A stretch of DNA of 62,839 nt from IMG/VR virus record IMGVR_UViG_3300047548_001519, positions 1-62,839 of that record, one strand, 5' to 3'. The notes under the pieces are model-generated. The model was not told where the DNA came from. It saw nothing but the letters and a program-made list of their open reading frames with translations, and ran no database searches. The position numbers and the translations under genes are program-made. Source of the stretch: a virus (lineage: Duplodnaviria > Caudoviricetes). Below are positions 17,350 through 26,569 of this stretch, one piece after another (positions within the stretch are counted from its first letter, which is position 1; the number at the start of each line of letters is the position of its first letter).

Positions 17350-17727
17350 GTACCCCGCGGTAGTTTGAATTTGCTGTGTTGTCATGTTATAGATGCCTTC
17401 ACCGTACATCGTTTGATTTTAACAGCTAACCTTATTCTCTATGCGTCCAAAGAGTATTTGGCTTCGACCAACTCCTGATTACAAGTATGCGCTCATGTAA
17501 CCACTCAGAGATTCACTATCCTGCGATCACAGGAATTTTCCATAACAACACAGCAAATTCAACTACTTATCCTACGGTTGTAGGAACTATAATTGTTCTT
17601 AAATTGCGATAACTATCCATATTACTATAACAGAATAAGGATTATTCTGGAATACTAAGAACTATTCAATCAACATCATTAGAGTCACAACCCAACTAAA
17701 CACTGTAATACAGACTGCAATAAAGAG
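17350..17727 (-). ncRNA. Candidate large structured ncRNA
   Basis: No credible ORF; promoter TTGACA-N17-TACCAT at 17761-17733; ~26-bp long-range stem (17541-17566 with 17360-17386) plus several hairpins. Confidence 0.5.
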
Positions 17728-17765
17728 ATAATATGGTAGCATAGAACATTCCTCTTGTCAACTGC

Positions 17766-18582
17766 ATTATATTGAAACATACTGGCTGACTGGATGTACG
17801 CATTTAACTTTGGAACTTAATCCAACTGCACCAATACGCTTCAATATGGTGTCCCTATCGTTACCGGTCAGGGCTATTGTCGGGACTTCGTAGAACCCGA
17901 TCATGACATTGTGTATGACTAGTACACCTGTTTCAATCACATCCTCTACTACTAACCATATTGAAGCACACTGTCGCCAAGGCCGGTTATGATCCGTCTC
18001 TATGTACTAGGCGTTTAGTACATCGCATCACCAGATGCTTGTTCCTTAAATGTGCTTCAATATGATTACTCATATCGATCTTAACGATCTCCCACTGCTC
18101 ACGACTGCTTCCCAATTTCCCGTCAATCTGCACCTGTGGTCAGGCAAAGATCCTCATCGGCCCTGCCTTCTAGAGCAGGTGATCCTTGGGAAAGGACTCT
18201 TAGGCCTAAACCTGCCTAAGATCAGGCACTGCTATATTGAAACACACTCGGTGCTGATCAGGCACTTACAGGAATCGAACCTGCCACCCCGAGACTCAGA
18301 GCTGTATCCAACGAACCAATGCGCTTGGTCTGAATGTGCTTCAATATAGCCCGACTGGGGCTCATACATTGTACTACCGGTAGTACAATTGTACTACCCT
18401 TTAACGGAACAGTCGGCACTCCGTATGGCACCGGTTTTTCCCTAAAAGGTAAATTTCCACCACCGGAAGGACAAGTTTCGAACCTTGTTACCATATTGAA
18501 ACACACTCAACTTTCCTCTACCCTTGCCCGGCAAATCCGGCACAACAGCAGGATCTTGGTCAAATGTGCTTCAATATGGTAA
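17766..18582 (-). repeat. Array of four stem-closed RNA units sharing arms ACCATATTGAAGCACATT / AGTGTGTTTCAATATGGT
   Basis: Units at ~17766-17850, 17954-18067, 18231-18350 and 18488-18582; a degenerate further copy at ~19418-19498. Confidence 0.8.
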
Positions 18583-18746
18583 ACACCGAGTAGCATACAG
18601 GCGCACCCGCCCATATACCTTAAACTCTTATCCGCTTGATCTAGATTTTACACCACATCAAGTTTCGGTGTTACCATATTGACTAGTGTTTTGAGGTCAC
18701 CAGTCTGATAGATCACTATCACCTGTTACGTTATAATCAGCAGTGA

Positions 18747-19013
18747 TCATGCTTCCTCCTTCATGCCCATTGCACGAGCAGCGATAACGCCTGCTTTGTT
18801 CAAATACAGCACACGGTTGCGGGTAGCAGTTACAACGTATAAGCAGCCTTCTGCATCATCTGCCCGAGCGTCAAACTTTACGTTTGGATCCTTAAGCAGG
18901 GCAGTGATAGCCATCTTGCGGGCACGTTCGCCTTCGTTGTAGGTACCGTTGCAGCCGCACATGCAGCCTGGTTTACCGGAATAGCTACGGGTAGTTTGAT
19001 TTACTGTAAGCAT
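18747..19013 (-). CDS. Hypothetical early protein (YSGKPGCMCGCNG motif)
   Basis: Start MLTVNQ after AGGAG; consensus promoter upstream. Confidence 0.7.
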   Translation of the reverse strand: MLTVNQTTRSYSGKPGCMCGCNGTYNEGERARKMAITALLKDPNVKFDARADDAEGCLYVVTATRNRVLYLNKAGVIAARAMGMKEEA

Positions 19014-19045
19014 CTTTCGCTCCTGTTTTGCTAGTGTATGTGTCA

Positions 19046-19074
19046 ATTATACAGCCAAAATCGCTAGATGTCAA
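19046..19074 (-). promoter_or_regulatory. Consensus sigma70 early promoter
   Basis: TTGACA-N17-TATAAT. Confidence 0.88.
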
Positions 19075-19084
19075 CCAAAAAATG

Positions 19085-19324
19085 CTAGACCAAACCCTGA
19101 AGCAATTGGCTAACCCACATTGGCTTATTGGCATCAACGACTGTTCCTGTGTTGGTCTCTATACGAACACGAACAATACGGTCAGGATTGCCAAAGCGTG
19201 TACTGACAGGATCAACTTTCAATACAGTACTGATATAGTAGAAATAACCGTTTCCGGAAGTAAGTTGAGTATCACTACCGAAACGGTCACCTACTTTAAC
19301 TTGATCATATGTTGGGTTAAACAT
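19085..19324 (-). CDS. Hypothetical early protein
   Basis: GGGAG RBS; promoter TTGACT-N17-TATAAT at 19384-19356. Confidence 0.6.
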   Translation of the reverse strand: MFNPTYDQVKVGDRFGSDTQLTSGNGYFYYISTVLKVDPVSTRFGNPDRIVRVRIETNTGTVVDANKPMWVSQLLQGLV

Positions 19325-19542
19325 CTCTCGCTCCCTGTTGTTTCACTATAACTACATTATACAACTAAGTCTGAATATAGTCAAGTTGTATTTTTACAAC
19401 AGTTGCTTATTTACAACACCATATTGAAACACACTATGCCTTTACCTCAAATCCGTCGCCCGCAAAAGGGGCCGGAATCGAACAGAGCATTTCTTCAAAC
19501 AACAAGATCATTATATACCTGTTTACTATAAAAGTCAACCGA

Positions 19543-20007
19543 TTATTTACCACAATTTTTGTCGGGATAGTACTGCGATGTATACTGCTCGATGTCGACC
19601 TCACACCTCTTTAGGAAGTCCACACCGTTATCGTTCTTGTACACATCGCGATAAAACACTCTTCGTATTCCTGCTCCATATATTAGTTTAGCACATTCAA
19701 TACAAGGAGCATGAGTACAAAATAAATAGGCACCATCACCTCCGTCACTAGAACGGGCAAGTTTTGATATAGCGTTAGCTTCAGCATGGATTGTTTCATC
19801 TTTTGTCCTCAATGTAATTGAACCATCATCGTTAACGATTTCGTTTTCACAGTTGTTATCCCAACCTGAAGGTGGATTGTTATACCCAATGGATATGATA
19901 CGGTTGTCTTTTACCACAACTGCACCTACTCTCAATCGGCGCGATGAGGAGAGCTGAGCAAAACGCTCGGCTACATCCATAAAAGCGTCGATCCATTTAG
20001 TCTTCAT
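19543..20007 (-). CDS. cd: dCMP deaminase
   Basis: VGAVVVKDNRIISIGYN, HAEANAI, THAPCIECAKLI zinc motifs. Confidence 0.92.
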   Translation of the reverse strand: MKTKWIDAFMDVAERFAQLSSSRRLRVGAVVVKDNRIISIGYNNPPSGWDNNCENEIVNDDGSITLRTKDETIHAEANAISKLARSSDGGDGAYLFCTHAPCIECAKLIYGAGIRRVFYRDVYKNDNGVDFLKRCEVDIEQYTSQYYPDKNCGK

Positions 20008-20215
20008 GTCGAGGAGCATTTATCAAGTGCACAAGAGCTTGGTACTCACCTTCCGTTAATGAAACTCTCTCTTGTCTATTCTTGCTAGAAATAATGATAT
20101 CATATCCTTCGCCGTTATACCAGTCGGTAATCTCAATATAGTCATTATCACCTGCGTGGTGACAAAATGGTTTGAGTTCGGCGAAGATACTTTCACGTTT
20201 ATAAAACCTACTCAT
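19997..20215 (-). CDS. Conserved phage hypothetical protein (IEITDWYNGEGYDI)
   Basis: ORF with AAGGA RBS, coupled to cd. Confidence 0.6.
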   Translation of the reverse strand: MSRFYKRESIFAELKPFCHHAGDNDYIEITDWYNGEGYDIIISSKNRQERVSLTEGEYQALVHLINAPRHED

Positions 20216-20270
20216 AATCTAAATATCCTTTTCGCTAATTTCTGAGCCCAGTTAAATTTCCAACGCTCTC

Positions 20271-20786
20271 TTACAGGACTACTCGGGGGCTTTGGGACTT
20301 GCGAGGTCTGCCCCTGGACCCTGCGGATTTTTTTACTTCAACCTCCTCCGCTTTGAGTTCATCCTTAGAGAGCTGAGGAATGTATCCAGCATCTGCAACT
20401 GCTTGCCTTGTAATGTTAGGATAGAGATCCGTCAGCTTCTGATCCTTAATTGCAATTAGAATCTTGCACTCATCCGGATGTAAACCTTCAAGCAGTTGAA
20501 TAAACATCGTCTCACGTCGAACAGCACTGATATCTTCTCTGCAGAAGTTTTGGAATTTCTTAGTCTCAGAAATAAACCTAGCTGGAGTCATTCCAAGAGG
20601 CTCTGCAGCTTCTTTGAATGGTGGCGTTCCATCTGGAAGCCTAAACTTACCAGCAGCCGTGAATGCACACCAGAAGATCACGTGCAGAGGACTTCCCTGA
20701 AGATCCTCGTTCTTTTTGTAGGTAGTCTGAAGCAATGACGGATTGTCATTGATTTCTTTCAACACCTCTGTTACATATTTTGCCAT
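20271..20786 (-). CDS. Conserved T4-like hypothetical protein (LPDGTPPF...RRETMFIQLLEGLHPDE)
   Basis: Motif recognisable from T4-like marine/freshwater phages, typically beside rnh. Confidence 0.7.
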   Translation of the reverse strand: MAKYVTEVLKEINDNPSLLQTTYKKNEDLQGSPLHVIFWCAFTAAGKFRLPDGTPPFKEAAEPLGMTPARFISETKKFQNFCREDISAVRRETMFIQLLEGLHPDECKILIAIKDQKLTDLYPNITRQAVADAGYIPQLSKDELKAEEVEVKKSAGSRGRPRKSQSPRVVL

Positions 20787-20801
20787 TAAAATTCCTTTTA
20801 T

Positions 20802-20878
20802 TATAAATAGGAGTAGGTCGCGGAGCTGTAACTCCCACCTACACTACCCATTTATCAGTTATTTTATAGGAAAACAAC
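20802..20878 (+). promoter_or_regulatory. T4 late promoter plus conserved structured leader, copy 1
   Basis: TATAAATA then GTAGGT-CGC-GGAG..CTCC-C-ACCTAC. Confidence 0.75.
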
Positions 20879-21586
20879 ATGGACAGCAACTTTATTTACT
20901 GTGTTTATCTCACAACATATCGTGGAAATAAACTCCCTCCCTTCTACATCGGATCTTCCAGTATTGATAGAATAACTAAAGGATATCACGGTTCTGTGTT
21001 GTCCAAAAAGTACTCCGATATATGGAAAACCGAGTTACGTATCAACCCCCATCTATTCAAAACACAAATAATATCTAAACATACAAACCGCAAAGAAGCT
21101 CTTGCGAAAGAAAATTATATTCAAAAAACACTAAATGTAATAAAGTCTCCTTTATATATCAACCAAGCAATTGCTCAAATTAATGGATATGCTGGACACG
21201 ATGTTTCGGGTGTATGTAATCCTATGTATGGACAAGGTCACAAAGTAAAGGGTATGAAAAATGGTAGATATGGAGATAGCAGAACTACCTTTAAGGATAA
21301 AAACGGTAATAATATCTTCACATCACCACAAGATCCAAGAGTTGTTTCTGGCGATCTTATTGGAATAGGCACCAACGGCAATAAAATTAGCATTACTAAA
21401 CTTTCTGCAAAATTTCCCAATTGCAAAAAACAAACTCGTGGTGAGTTGTACAAACACATATATGATTGCTATATATCCTCAAAACTAAAGCGAACCATAT
21501 TTTGCAAAAATCACTCGCTTGATTACAATACCTTCTTAAAAATCATCAAGGTCGTTGAGGAGCAATCTACAGCGATATTTAATTAA
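20879..21586 (+). CDS. Antisense free-standing GIY-YIG-like (Seg-type) homing endonuclease
   Basis: YCVYLT...PPFYIGS, GYHGS, ...KE..Q......YIN; 3' end overlaps the rnh 3' end. Confidence 0.8.
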   Translation: MDSNFIYCVYLTTYRGNKLPPFYIGSSSIDRITKGYHGSVLSKKYSDIWKTELRINPHLFKTQIISKHTNRKEALAKENYIQKTLNVIKSPLYINQAIAQINGYAGHDVSGVCNPMYGQGHKVKGMKNGRYGDSRTTFKDKNGNNIFTSPQDPRVVSGDLIGIGTNGNKISITKLSAKFPNCKKQTRGELYKHIYDCYISSKLKRTIFCKNHSLDYNTFLKIIKVVEEQSTAIFN

Positions 21587-22441
21587 ATAATTCATCACGC
21601 TCATTTTATCGCCCTTTGGAGTATTGTTAATAAAACAATTTATTACGGACTGCTCTACTTGGTGAGGTATTGCTGATAAATCAACCAGCGACGTATTGCG
21701 ATCCCAATTACGTCGTTCCTCATCATTGATGCAGGCATCTCGACCACGGGCGATAAAATCTGCAAGTCTTTTACTTGTCATTTTGCTTTGACGTGTTCCC
21801 TCTGTCACCAGTGCATCATCTCTTGACAATATATTTGGAATACCATCCCCCGAATCACCCTTTGCAATATGCTCAGCAAGGTATGCTATTGGATCATCAC
21901 ATTGTACCATCTTCTTTTGGATTGGACTATACTGCTTTACATTATCATACTTGTGAAGCTGTTTAAAGTCACCATCAGACGATACTATCATGATTGGCTG
22001 CTTCTGTTCAAAAAAGAAGTAGTCCTCTAGATGGTTTGTTTGTGACCACTTACAAATAGTAGCTACAATGTCATCTGCCTCAATATGGTCGAGATGAATC
22101 ACCTTGTAAGGAAAGTGAGCTGCAATATCCTCCCTTATCTGGGAGATGGTATCAAAGATCAGTTTCCAATCGAGATCGGACTGCGAACGAGCTTTGCTTC
22201 GGCCAGCTTTGTAGTAAGGGAAGATGTCCTTTCTCCAGTACTGCTTACCGTCACATGCAAGAATGATATCACCATACTGTTGACCAAACTTCTTCTTGTA
22301 GAATTTGAGCCCAGTAAGGATAGCATGACGAATAATATTCACAGCTTCCGGATTGTTTGCTTCCTTCTTCAGGTCTGCTTGGAATTGAAAGATGTTGGAT
22401 AGTGCCACTTGGCTGTAGTCTAGGATAATAATTTTAGTCAC
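21536..22441 (-). CDS. rnh: T4-type RNase H (5'-3' exonuclease, FEN family)
   Basis: ILACD...YWRKDIFPYYKA.R, EADDI, IVSSDGDFKQL, GDSGDGIPN. Confidence 0.92.
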   Translation of the reverse strand: MTKIIILDYSQVALSNIFQFQADLKKEANNPEAVNIIRHAILTGLKFYKKKFGQQYGDIILACDGKQYWRKDIFPYYKAGRSKARSQSDLDWKLIFDTISQIREDIAAHFPYKVIHLDHIEADDIVATICKWSQTNHLEDYFFFEQKQPIMIVSSDGDFKQLHKYDNVKQYSPIQKKMVQCDDPIAYLAEHIAKGDSGDGIPNILSRDDALVTEGTRQSKMTSKRLADFIARGRDACINDEERRNWDRNTSLVDLSAIPHQVEQSVINCFINNTPKGDKMSVMNYLIKYRCRLLLNDLDDF

Positions 22442-22445
22442 CTTT

Positions 22446-23555
22446 TCAGTTAACAGCTAGAAGAACCATCTCTTCAGTAATCCGAGCTCGAGGACTTGAG
22501 ACCTTTGCGCGAACTGCCTTCCAAGCATTTGCCATTGCACGCTTGCCCATCGATGTGAGTCCTTTGAAGAACTCTTCTGGCTTACGTAGCGTTTTCACTT
22601 CAGACGTCTTAGTATCATAGTTAGAGATAGACATACCACTAACACTGAGGTATCCACCATCCGCTCCACGATATACAATCAGCTTTCGTTTCTCTGGCAC
22701 ATACACCCAAAGCTCTGTGGATCCAATGATCTTAGCTGGATCAATCGACTTCAATTTCAACTCAGGATACTCACGCATATACTTCATCTTCTTCACAACT
22801 ACGGATGCTGGCTTAGCCTTACGAGCACGAGGCTTGCGTTGAGCTTTAGCAGATACCGTCTGTTGGGTACAGTCATCAATAATCGACTGAATGAATGCAA
22901 TGAATCGACGAAGCTCAATCCGACCGAAGTTAGAATATCCTTCTTTTAGCTGATCGTCTTTGCCTTGTTGGACTTCCGTAAGTTCTTTGATCATGGGCTT
23001 GTAGAATTCACCTATCTTCTTAGCAACAGCACCCGACACTTGATTAGATGCAAGATAGTTCTTAGCAACAAACGTTGTACCTTTGGTAGTTGCGTACTCA
23101 TCGATAGCTGCATCAAACTCTGCTGCATGTGTACGAGCTGCTTCAAGCATTCGATCTTGAATTGATATAGGAGTGGGAATAGCAGCATTGATGACAGCAG
23201 GCTCTGCCACTTTTGTTTTGGAATGAGCTTTCTTAATTTTCTCAAGACTAATCATAACACGCTCAACTTCACTTAGCTCAACATGCTGTTCAGTGAGAAC
23301 AAGACGACCAATTACACCAACTGGTCGGATCTCGATGAATGATGCTTTTGAAAGAGGTTGTGTATACTCCTTCAACCCCATCTTTTTGATGTACACCTCA
23401 GCTGCTTTACGGTAGTCCTTTTCTTCCCAATTAGCATTGTACCAATTAAGAGCTTTAACAAGGTCTACTCGATAGTTGTCTTTAGAAACCCGAGGCTCAT
23501 CACCTCGGAGTTTTGTCATTGACTCTTCCAGACTCATTTTACGTTTAACTGCCAT
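22446..23555 (-). CDS. Conserved T4-like hypothetical protein
   Basis: ALNWYN, QLKEGYS, SIDPAKIIG..ELWVY, KTLRKPEE motifs; own promoter TTGACA-N17-TATAAT at 23610-23582. Confidence 0.7.
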   Translation of the reverse strand: MAVKRKMSLEESMTKLRGDEPRVSKDNYRVDLVKALNWYNANWEEKDYRKAAEVYIKKMGLKEYTQPLSKASFIEIRPVGVIGRLVLTEQHVELSEVERVMISLEKIKKAHSKTKVAEPAVINAAIPTPISIQDRMLEAARTHAAEFDAAIDEYATTKGTTFVAKNYLASNQVSGAVAKKIGEFYKPMIKELTEVQQGKDDQLKEGYSNFGRIELRRFIAFIQSIIDDCTQQTVSAKAQRKPRARKAKPASVVVKKMKYMREYPELKLKSIDPAKIIGSTELWVYVPEKRKLIVYRGADGGYLSVSGMSISNYDTKTSEVKTLRKPEEFFKGLTSMGKRAMANAWKAVRAKVSSPRARITEEMVLLAVN

Positions 23556-23617
23556 AATGGATCTCCATTCAAAGAATATCTATTATAATATAGTCTGGAA
23601 TTTATGTCAACAGCTTG

Positions 23618-23884
23618 TCACTCGCCTTTTTGGCCAGTGATCTCTTCATAGAGCATTTCAAACTGTTCGTGGTTGGCTACTTCTTCTTGGAAGTTCTGTT
23701 TGTGATACACACGTGCCATCTTAGCAATCTGTTTCTTGGAAAGGTTGTCCTTAAATTCCTCAAACAAGTCTGCTTTGATATCTTTAATAAGATCACGTTC
23801 GGATTCAATCCGAGTCATACTATTGCTAATCTCTTGCAATGCATCTTTAATCTTTTTGCGGTCGGCTGGGGAACTAATAGTCAT
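23618..23884 (-). CDS. dsbA: T4 DsbA-like double-stranded DNA-binding protein
   Basis: E.S.SM.RI..E...IKDI, ...KMARVYHKQNF.E....E.FE.LYE; T4 phage dsbA, not the disulfide oxidoreductase. Confidence 0.75.
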   Translation of the reverse strand: MTISSPADRKKIKDALQEISNSMTRIESERDLIKDIKADLFEEFKDNLSKKQIAKMARVYHKQNFQEEVANHEQFEMLYEEITGQKGE

Positions 23885-23900
23885 TTTCACACTCCATTGT

Positions 23901-24206
23901 TTAAATTTCATTTGTACTACTAATACTAAATTTTACTTCTTTCACTGAGTCGAGTTTAAAAGATCTCCATTCCTGGATGTCAAGGTCGAACACTCTTTGC
24001 GTGGTATCAGTAGTGCTGCGACCTGTCCCTTTAGGCTTTTTCTCAGCTGGGATGTGGTCTTCAATGAGTGTGCAGTGCATGGTACGGTCTGTACCGTCTG
24101 CTTTGGTGAAAGTAATACACAAATTTTCGACGTTTCGGTCATGTAACAATCCTTGAATGTACTCTTTTGTAAATTTAAGATCTGTTGATTCCATAATGTA
24201 TTTCAC
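23901..24206 (-). CDS. WYL-like/SH3-fold phage protein (DUF2693-like)
   Basis: ITFTKADGTDRTMHCTL ... VFDLDIQEWRSFKLDSV. Confidence 0.7.
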   Translation of the reverse strand: MKYIMESTDLKFTKEYIQGLLHDRNVENLCITFTKADGTDRTMHCTLIEDHIPAEKKPKGTGRSTTDTTQRVFDLDIQEWRSFKLDSVKEVKFSISSTNEI

Positions 24207-24373
24207 TCCTTTCTATATTCTATTGGACTTATGTCCCTCAAATCATCCTGCCTGTACTCATAATCACCTATTTCTTCATCCATTCGTCTTCGGAGTTCCT
24301 CTTCAATTTGTCGTAACTTCATGATACGCTTAACATCTTTGAGCTCTTGTTGAAGATCGAATGACATACCCAT
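24203..24373 (-). CDS. 56-aa acidic coiled-coil protein (MGMSFDLQQELKDVKR...), not in ORF track
   Basis: AGGAG RBS; fills the gap between neighbours. Confidence 0.55.
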   Translation of the reverse strand: MGMSFDLQQELKDVKRIMKLRQIEEELRRRMDEEIGDYEYRQDDLRDISPIEYRKE

Positions 24374-24382
24374 ATACTTCTC

Positions 24383-24598
24383 CTATACGAATAATCCTAC
24401 AAAATACACTAAAAATAAAGTCATATTTACCACTACAAGACTTAGCTCACGAATTCGAATTGACCAAATTAGCCACAACAAGGTGGCCACATTTGCAATC
24501 CAAATGTTCAATGGAGTAATGTCTAAACTGGTAAGTATGGCAAATATCACCAGGAGGACAGTTGCTGTCCACTTCAACCAAAAATTAAATGTTTTCAT
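24383..24598 (-). CDS. Small membrane protein
   Basis: Three hydrophobic helices. Confidence 0.6.
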   Translation of the reverse strand: MKTFNFWLKWTATVLLVIFAILTSLDITPLNIWIANVATLLWLIWSIRIRELSLVVVNMTLFLVYFVGLFV

Positions 24599-24629
24599 AC
24601 GTCAATCTTATACCAATTAACGTATTAAG

Positions 24630-25589
24630 TCAATACTTCTTTTTTGGTCTGGATTTCCAATACTGATCGCCTGGTTCGAAGGCAGGATGCTCTTTTACGT
24701 CTTTAGAACTCTCTACAGGAGCAGACTGTTCAGATTCTGGAGTCACTGTGGGCTCCGTTTTCTCAACAATTTTTTTCTTCAAGACCACATTTGTTTGTTT
24801 TGGGATAGTAGAAGGAATAGTCCGTTCTACAGGAGGAGATTGTTTGCTTTTATTTTGTGCAAGTGACCAGTTAGCTGCTATCAACATGAGAACAGCTAAC
24901 GGATCGAATACTGCTACAATTAGGATGGTAACCCAACGGACTGCTTTTTCGAGGAGCGCCGTGTCCGACGTGGCTTCGTCGCCGTAGATGAGAGCTGCGA
25001 TGTATTTGATTGGTCCGACTTCGGCTTCGACTTTGCGGAGCGAGGCTGACTGGACGGACTTTTCTTCGTTGAGCTTGGCAATGGTGGATTGACTGGACTG
25101 GATTTGATCGAGGAGGATTCCTCGTTCTTTTTGTTGCTGTTGTCTGGCTTGGACACTTCGGGTGACGTTTCCAAGTTGCGTGAACTTATCAACTTGCGCA
25201 TCCAGTTGAGTAATTGCTTTACGAGCTGCATCTATATTCTCCCTTTCGGTTTTAATTTTTTCATCGATCAACGCTACATTAGCTGCAATGTCTCCTGTTG
25301 GAGTGCCTTGTTCGATATGAGCTTTTGACAAGAATCCAAAAATCCCCATTGATGTCAAAAACATTAACACAATCAACGCTAGTGTCAAATACGATTTCAA
25401 CAAGAAAGGAGCTGGTCTCCAATTCCTATACAACCATGAAGCGACAACAAGTTTAGAGGACTCTAAGAGAGACCCCATCACTATGATTGGTATTGGAGCA
25501 GCTGCAAAAATAGCAACTAATCCAAAAATGGCATAGAATGCTGCAACACCCGACAACGCGAGTGCGCATAGTAAAAGTAAGTAAGTCAA
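24630..25589 (-). CDS. Membrane protein with long coiled coil (conserved in T4-like phages)
   Basis: N-terminal TM helices, TSMGIFGFLSKAH, EAEVGPIKYIA, FDPLAV. Confidence 0.75.
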   Translation of the reverse strand: MTYLLLLCALALSGVAAFYAIFGLVAIFAAAPIPIIVMGSLLESSKLVVASWLYRNWRPAPFLLKSYLTLALIVLMFLTSMGIFGFLSKAHIEQGTPTGDIAANVALIDEKIKTERENIDAARKAITQLDAQVDKFTQLGNVTRSVQARQQQQKERGILLDQIQSSQSTIAKLNEEKSVQSASLRKVEAEVGPIKYIAALIYGDEATSDTALLEKAVRWVTILIVAVFDPLAVLMLIAANWSLAQNKSKQSPPVERTIPSTIPKQTNVVLKKKIVEKTEPTVTPESEQSAPVESSKDVKEHPAFEPGDQYWKSRPKKKY

Positions 25590-25601
25590 AACACAAATCC
25601 T

Positions 25602-25669
25602 TATAAATAAAGGTAGGTCGCGATATGGGGATATCCACCTACTCTAACATCTATCTAGGAGACGTCAGC
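25602..25669 (+). promoter_or_regulatory. T4 late promoter plus conserved structured leader, copy 2
   Basis: TATAAATA, GTAGGT-CGC-GATAT..ATATC-C-ACCTAC, TCTAACATCT..AGGAGACGTCAGC-ATG. Confidence 0.8.
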
Positions 25670-26218
25670 ATGGATATTTATTATGTATATGCTTACATTC
25701 GATCAAAAAATTCATCAACAGCTAAGGCTGGAACACCATATTATATTGGTAAAGGCAAAGGCAAGCGCAGATTCCAACGTCATCACAGCGTCTCAGTCCC
25801 CAAAGATCACACTAAAATTATTATTTTAGAATCAAACTTATCTGAAATTGGCGCACTAGCAATAGAACGTCGTATGATCAGGTGGTGGGGCAGAAAAGAC
25901 CAAGGGTCTGGAATTCTCCACAATAGAACTGATGGTGGCGACGGTCTTACAGGCGTTTCGGGAGAAAACCACCCTCGATGGGGGAAACCACGACCCGATC
26001 TAGCCGAAAGAAATAAGCAAAGAGCTGGGTCAAAATGGCCGTCTGATACACCCCACTACAACACAGGTAAAGTACGATCAGCTGAGACTAGGCTCAAACA
26101 AAAAAATGCACCTCGTAAACCTCACTCAGAAGAAACAAAAGCCAAAATGAGGCTTGCTGCTTTAAGGAGATATCAACGATCTGATATGATTTCTGTGGAC
26201 CCTACAATTCACGATTGA
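25670..26218 (+). CDS. Antisense GIY-YIG homing endonuclease with NUMOD3-like tail
   Basis: YYVYAY...PYYIGKG, E..MI..WGRKD...[18 protein letters not shown]. Confidence 0.85.
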   Translation: MDIYYVYAYIRSKNSSTAKAGTPYYIGKGKGKRRFQRHHSVSVPKDHTKIIILESNLSEIGALAIERRMIRWWGRKDQGSGILHNRTDGGDGLTGVSGENHPRWGKPRPDLAERNKQRAGSKWPSDTPHYNTGKVRSAETRLKQKNAPRKPHSEETKAKMRLAALRRYQRSDMISVDPTIHD

Positions 26219-26569
26219 ATTGTACCACTTATCTGGATGTTCTAACACTCGCCTATCAAACTGTTCGCGAGCTTCAAGGTAGTTTGCAGTTCCTTTGTTT
26301 AAACAAAAATATAAAATTTCACGCTTGAATGATTCCTCTCCAAGCTTCTCCACTTCTTGTTTTAATTCTTCGGAAGAGGACCAGTATTCTCTCCAGTCCG
26401 ATTCTACTTTATATCTTTTTTTCTTGCCTTTGACTTGTTTAGTCTTGGCAAATTTTGTAAGTTTCAAACCAATATATTGTTTACCATTAACCAGATTAGT
26501 TATCAGATAAACAAAGGCTGTATATTTAGGATCTATTTCCTCTACAGGTTGGTTTTGATATAACCACAT
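26162..26569 (-). CDS. GIY-YIG family nuclease (core T4-like type)
   Basis: [38 protein letters not shown]. Confidence 0.8.
   Translation of the reverse strand: MWLYQNQPVEEIDPKYTAFVYLITNLVNGKQYIGLKLTKFAKTKQVKGKKKRYKVESDWREYWSSSEELKQEVEKLGEESFKREILYFCLNKGTANYLEAREQFDRRVLEHPDKWYNSIVNCRVHRNHIRSLISP

Noticed and set aside
17220-17385. Protein-like - strand frame (SKFKLPRG...HVEEEPD*) and a short MTTQQIQ ORF
   Set aside because: The long frame has an in-frame TGA just upstream and no good start or RBS, and it overlaps the long RNA helix; it could be a gene remnant but cannot be supported
17766-18582. CRISPR array interpretation of the repeated CATATTGAA(A/G)CACA motif
   Set aside because: Copies occur as inverted pairs with irregular spacing and structured interiors, not as direct repeats with uniform spacers; no cas genes in the window
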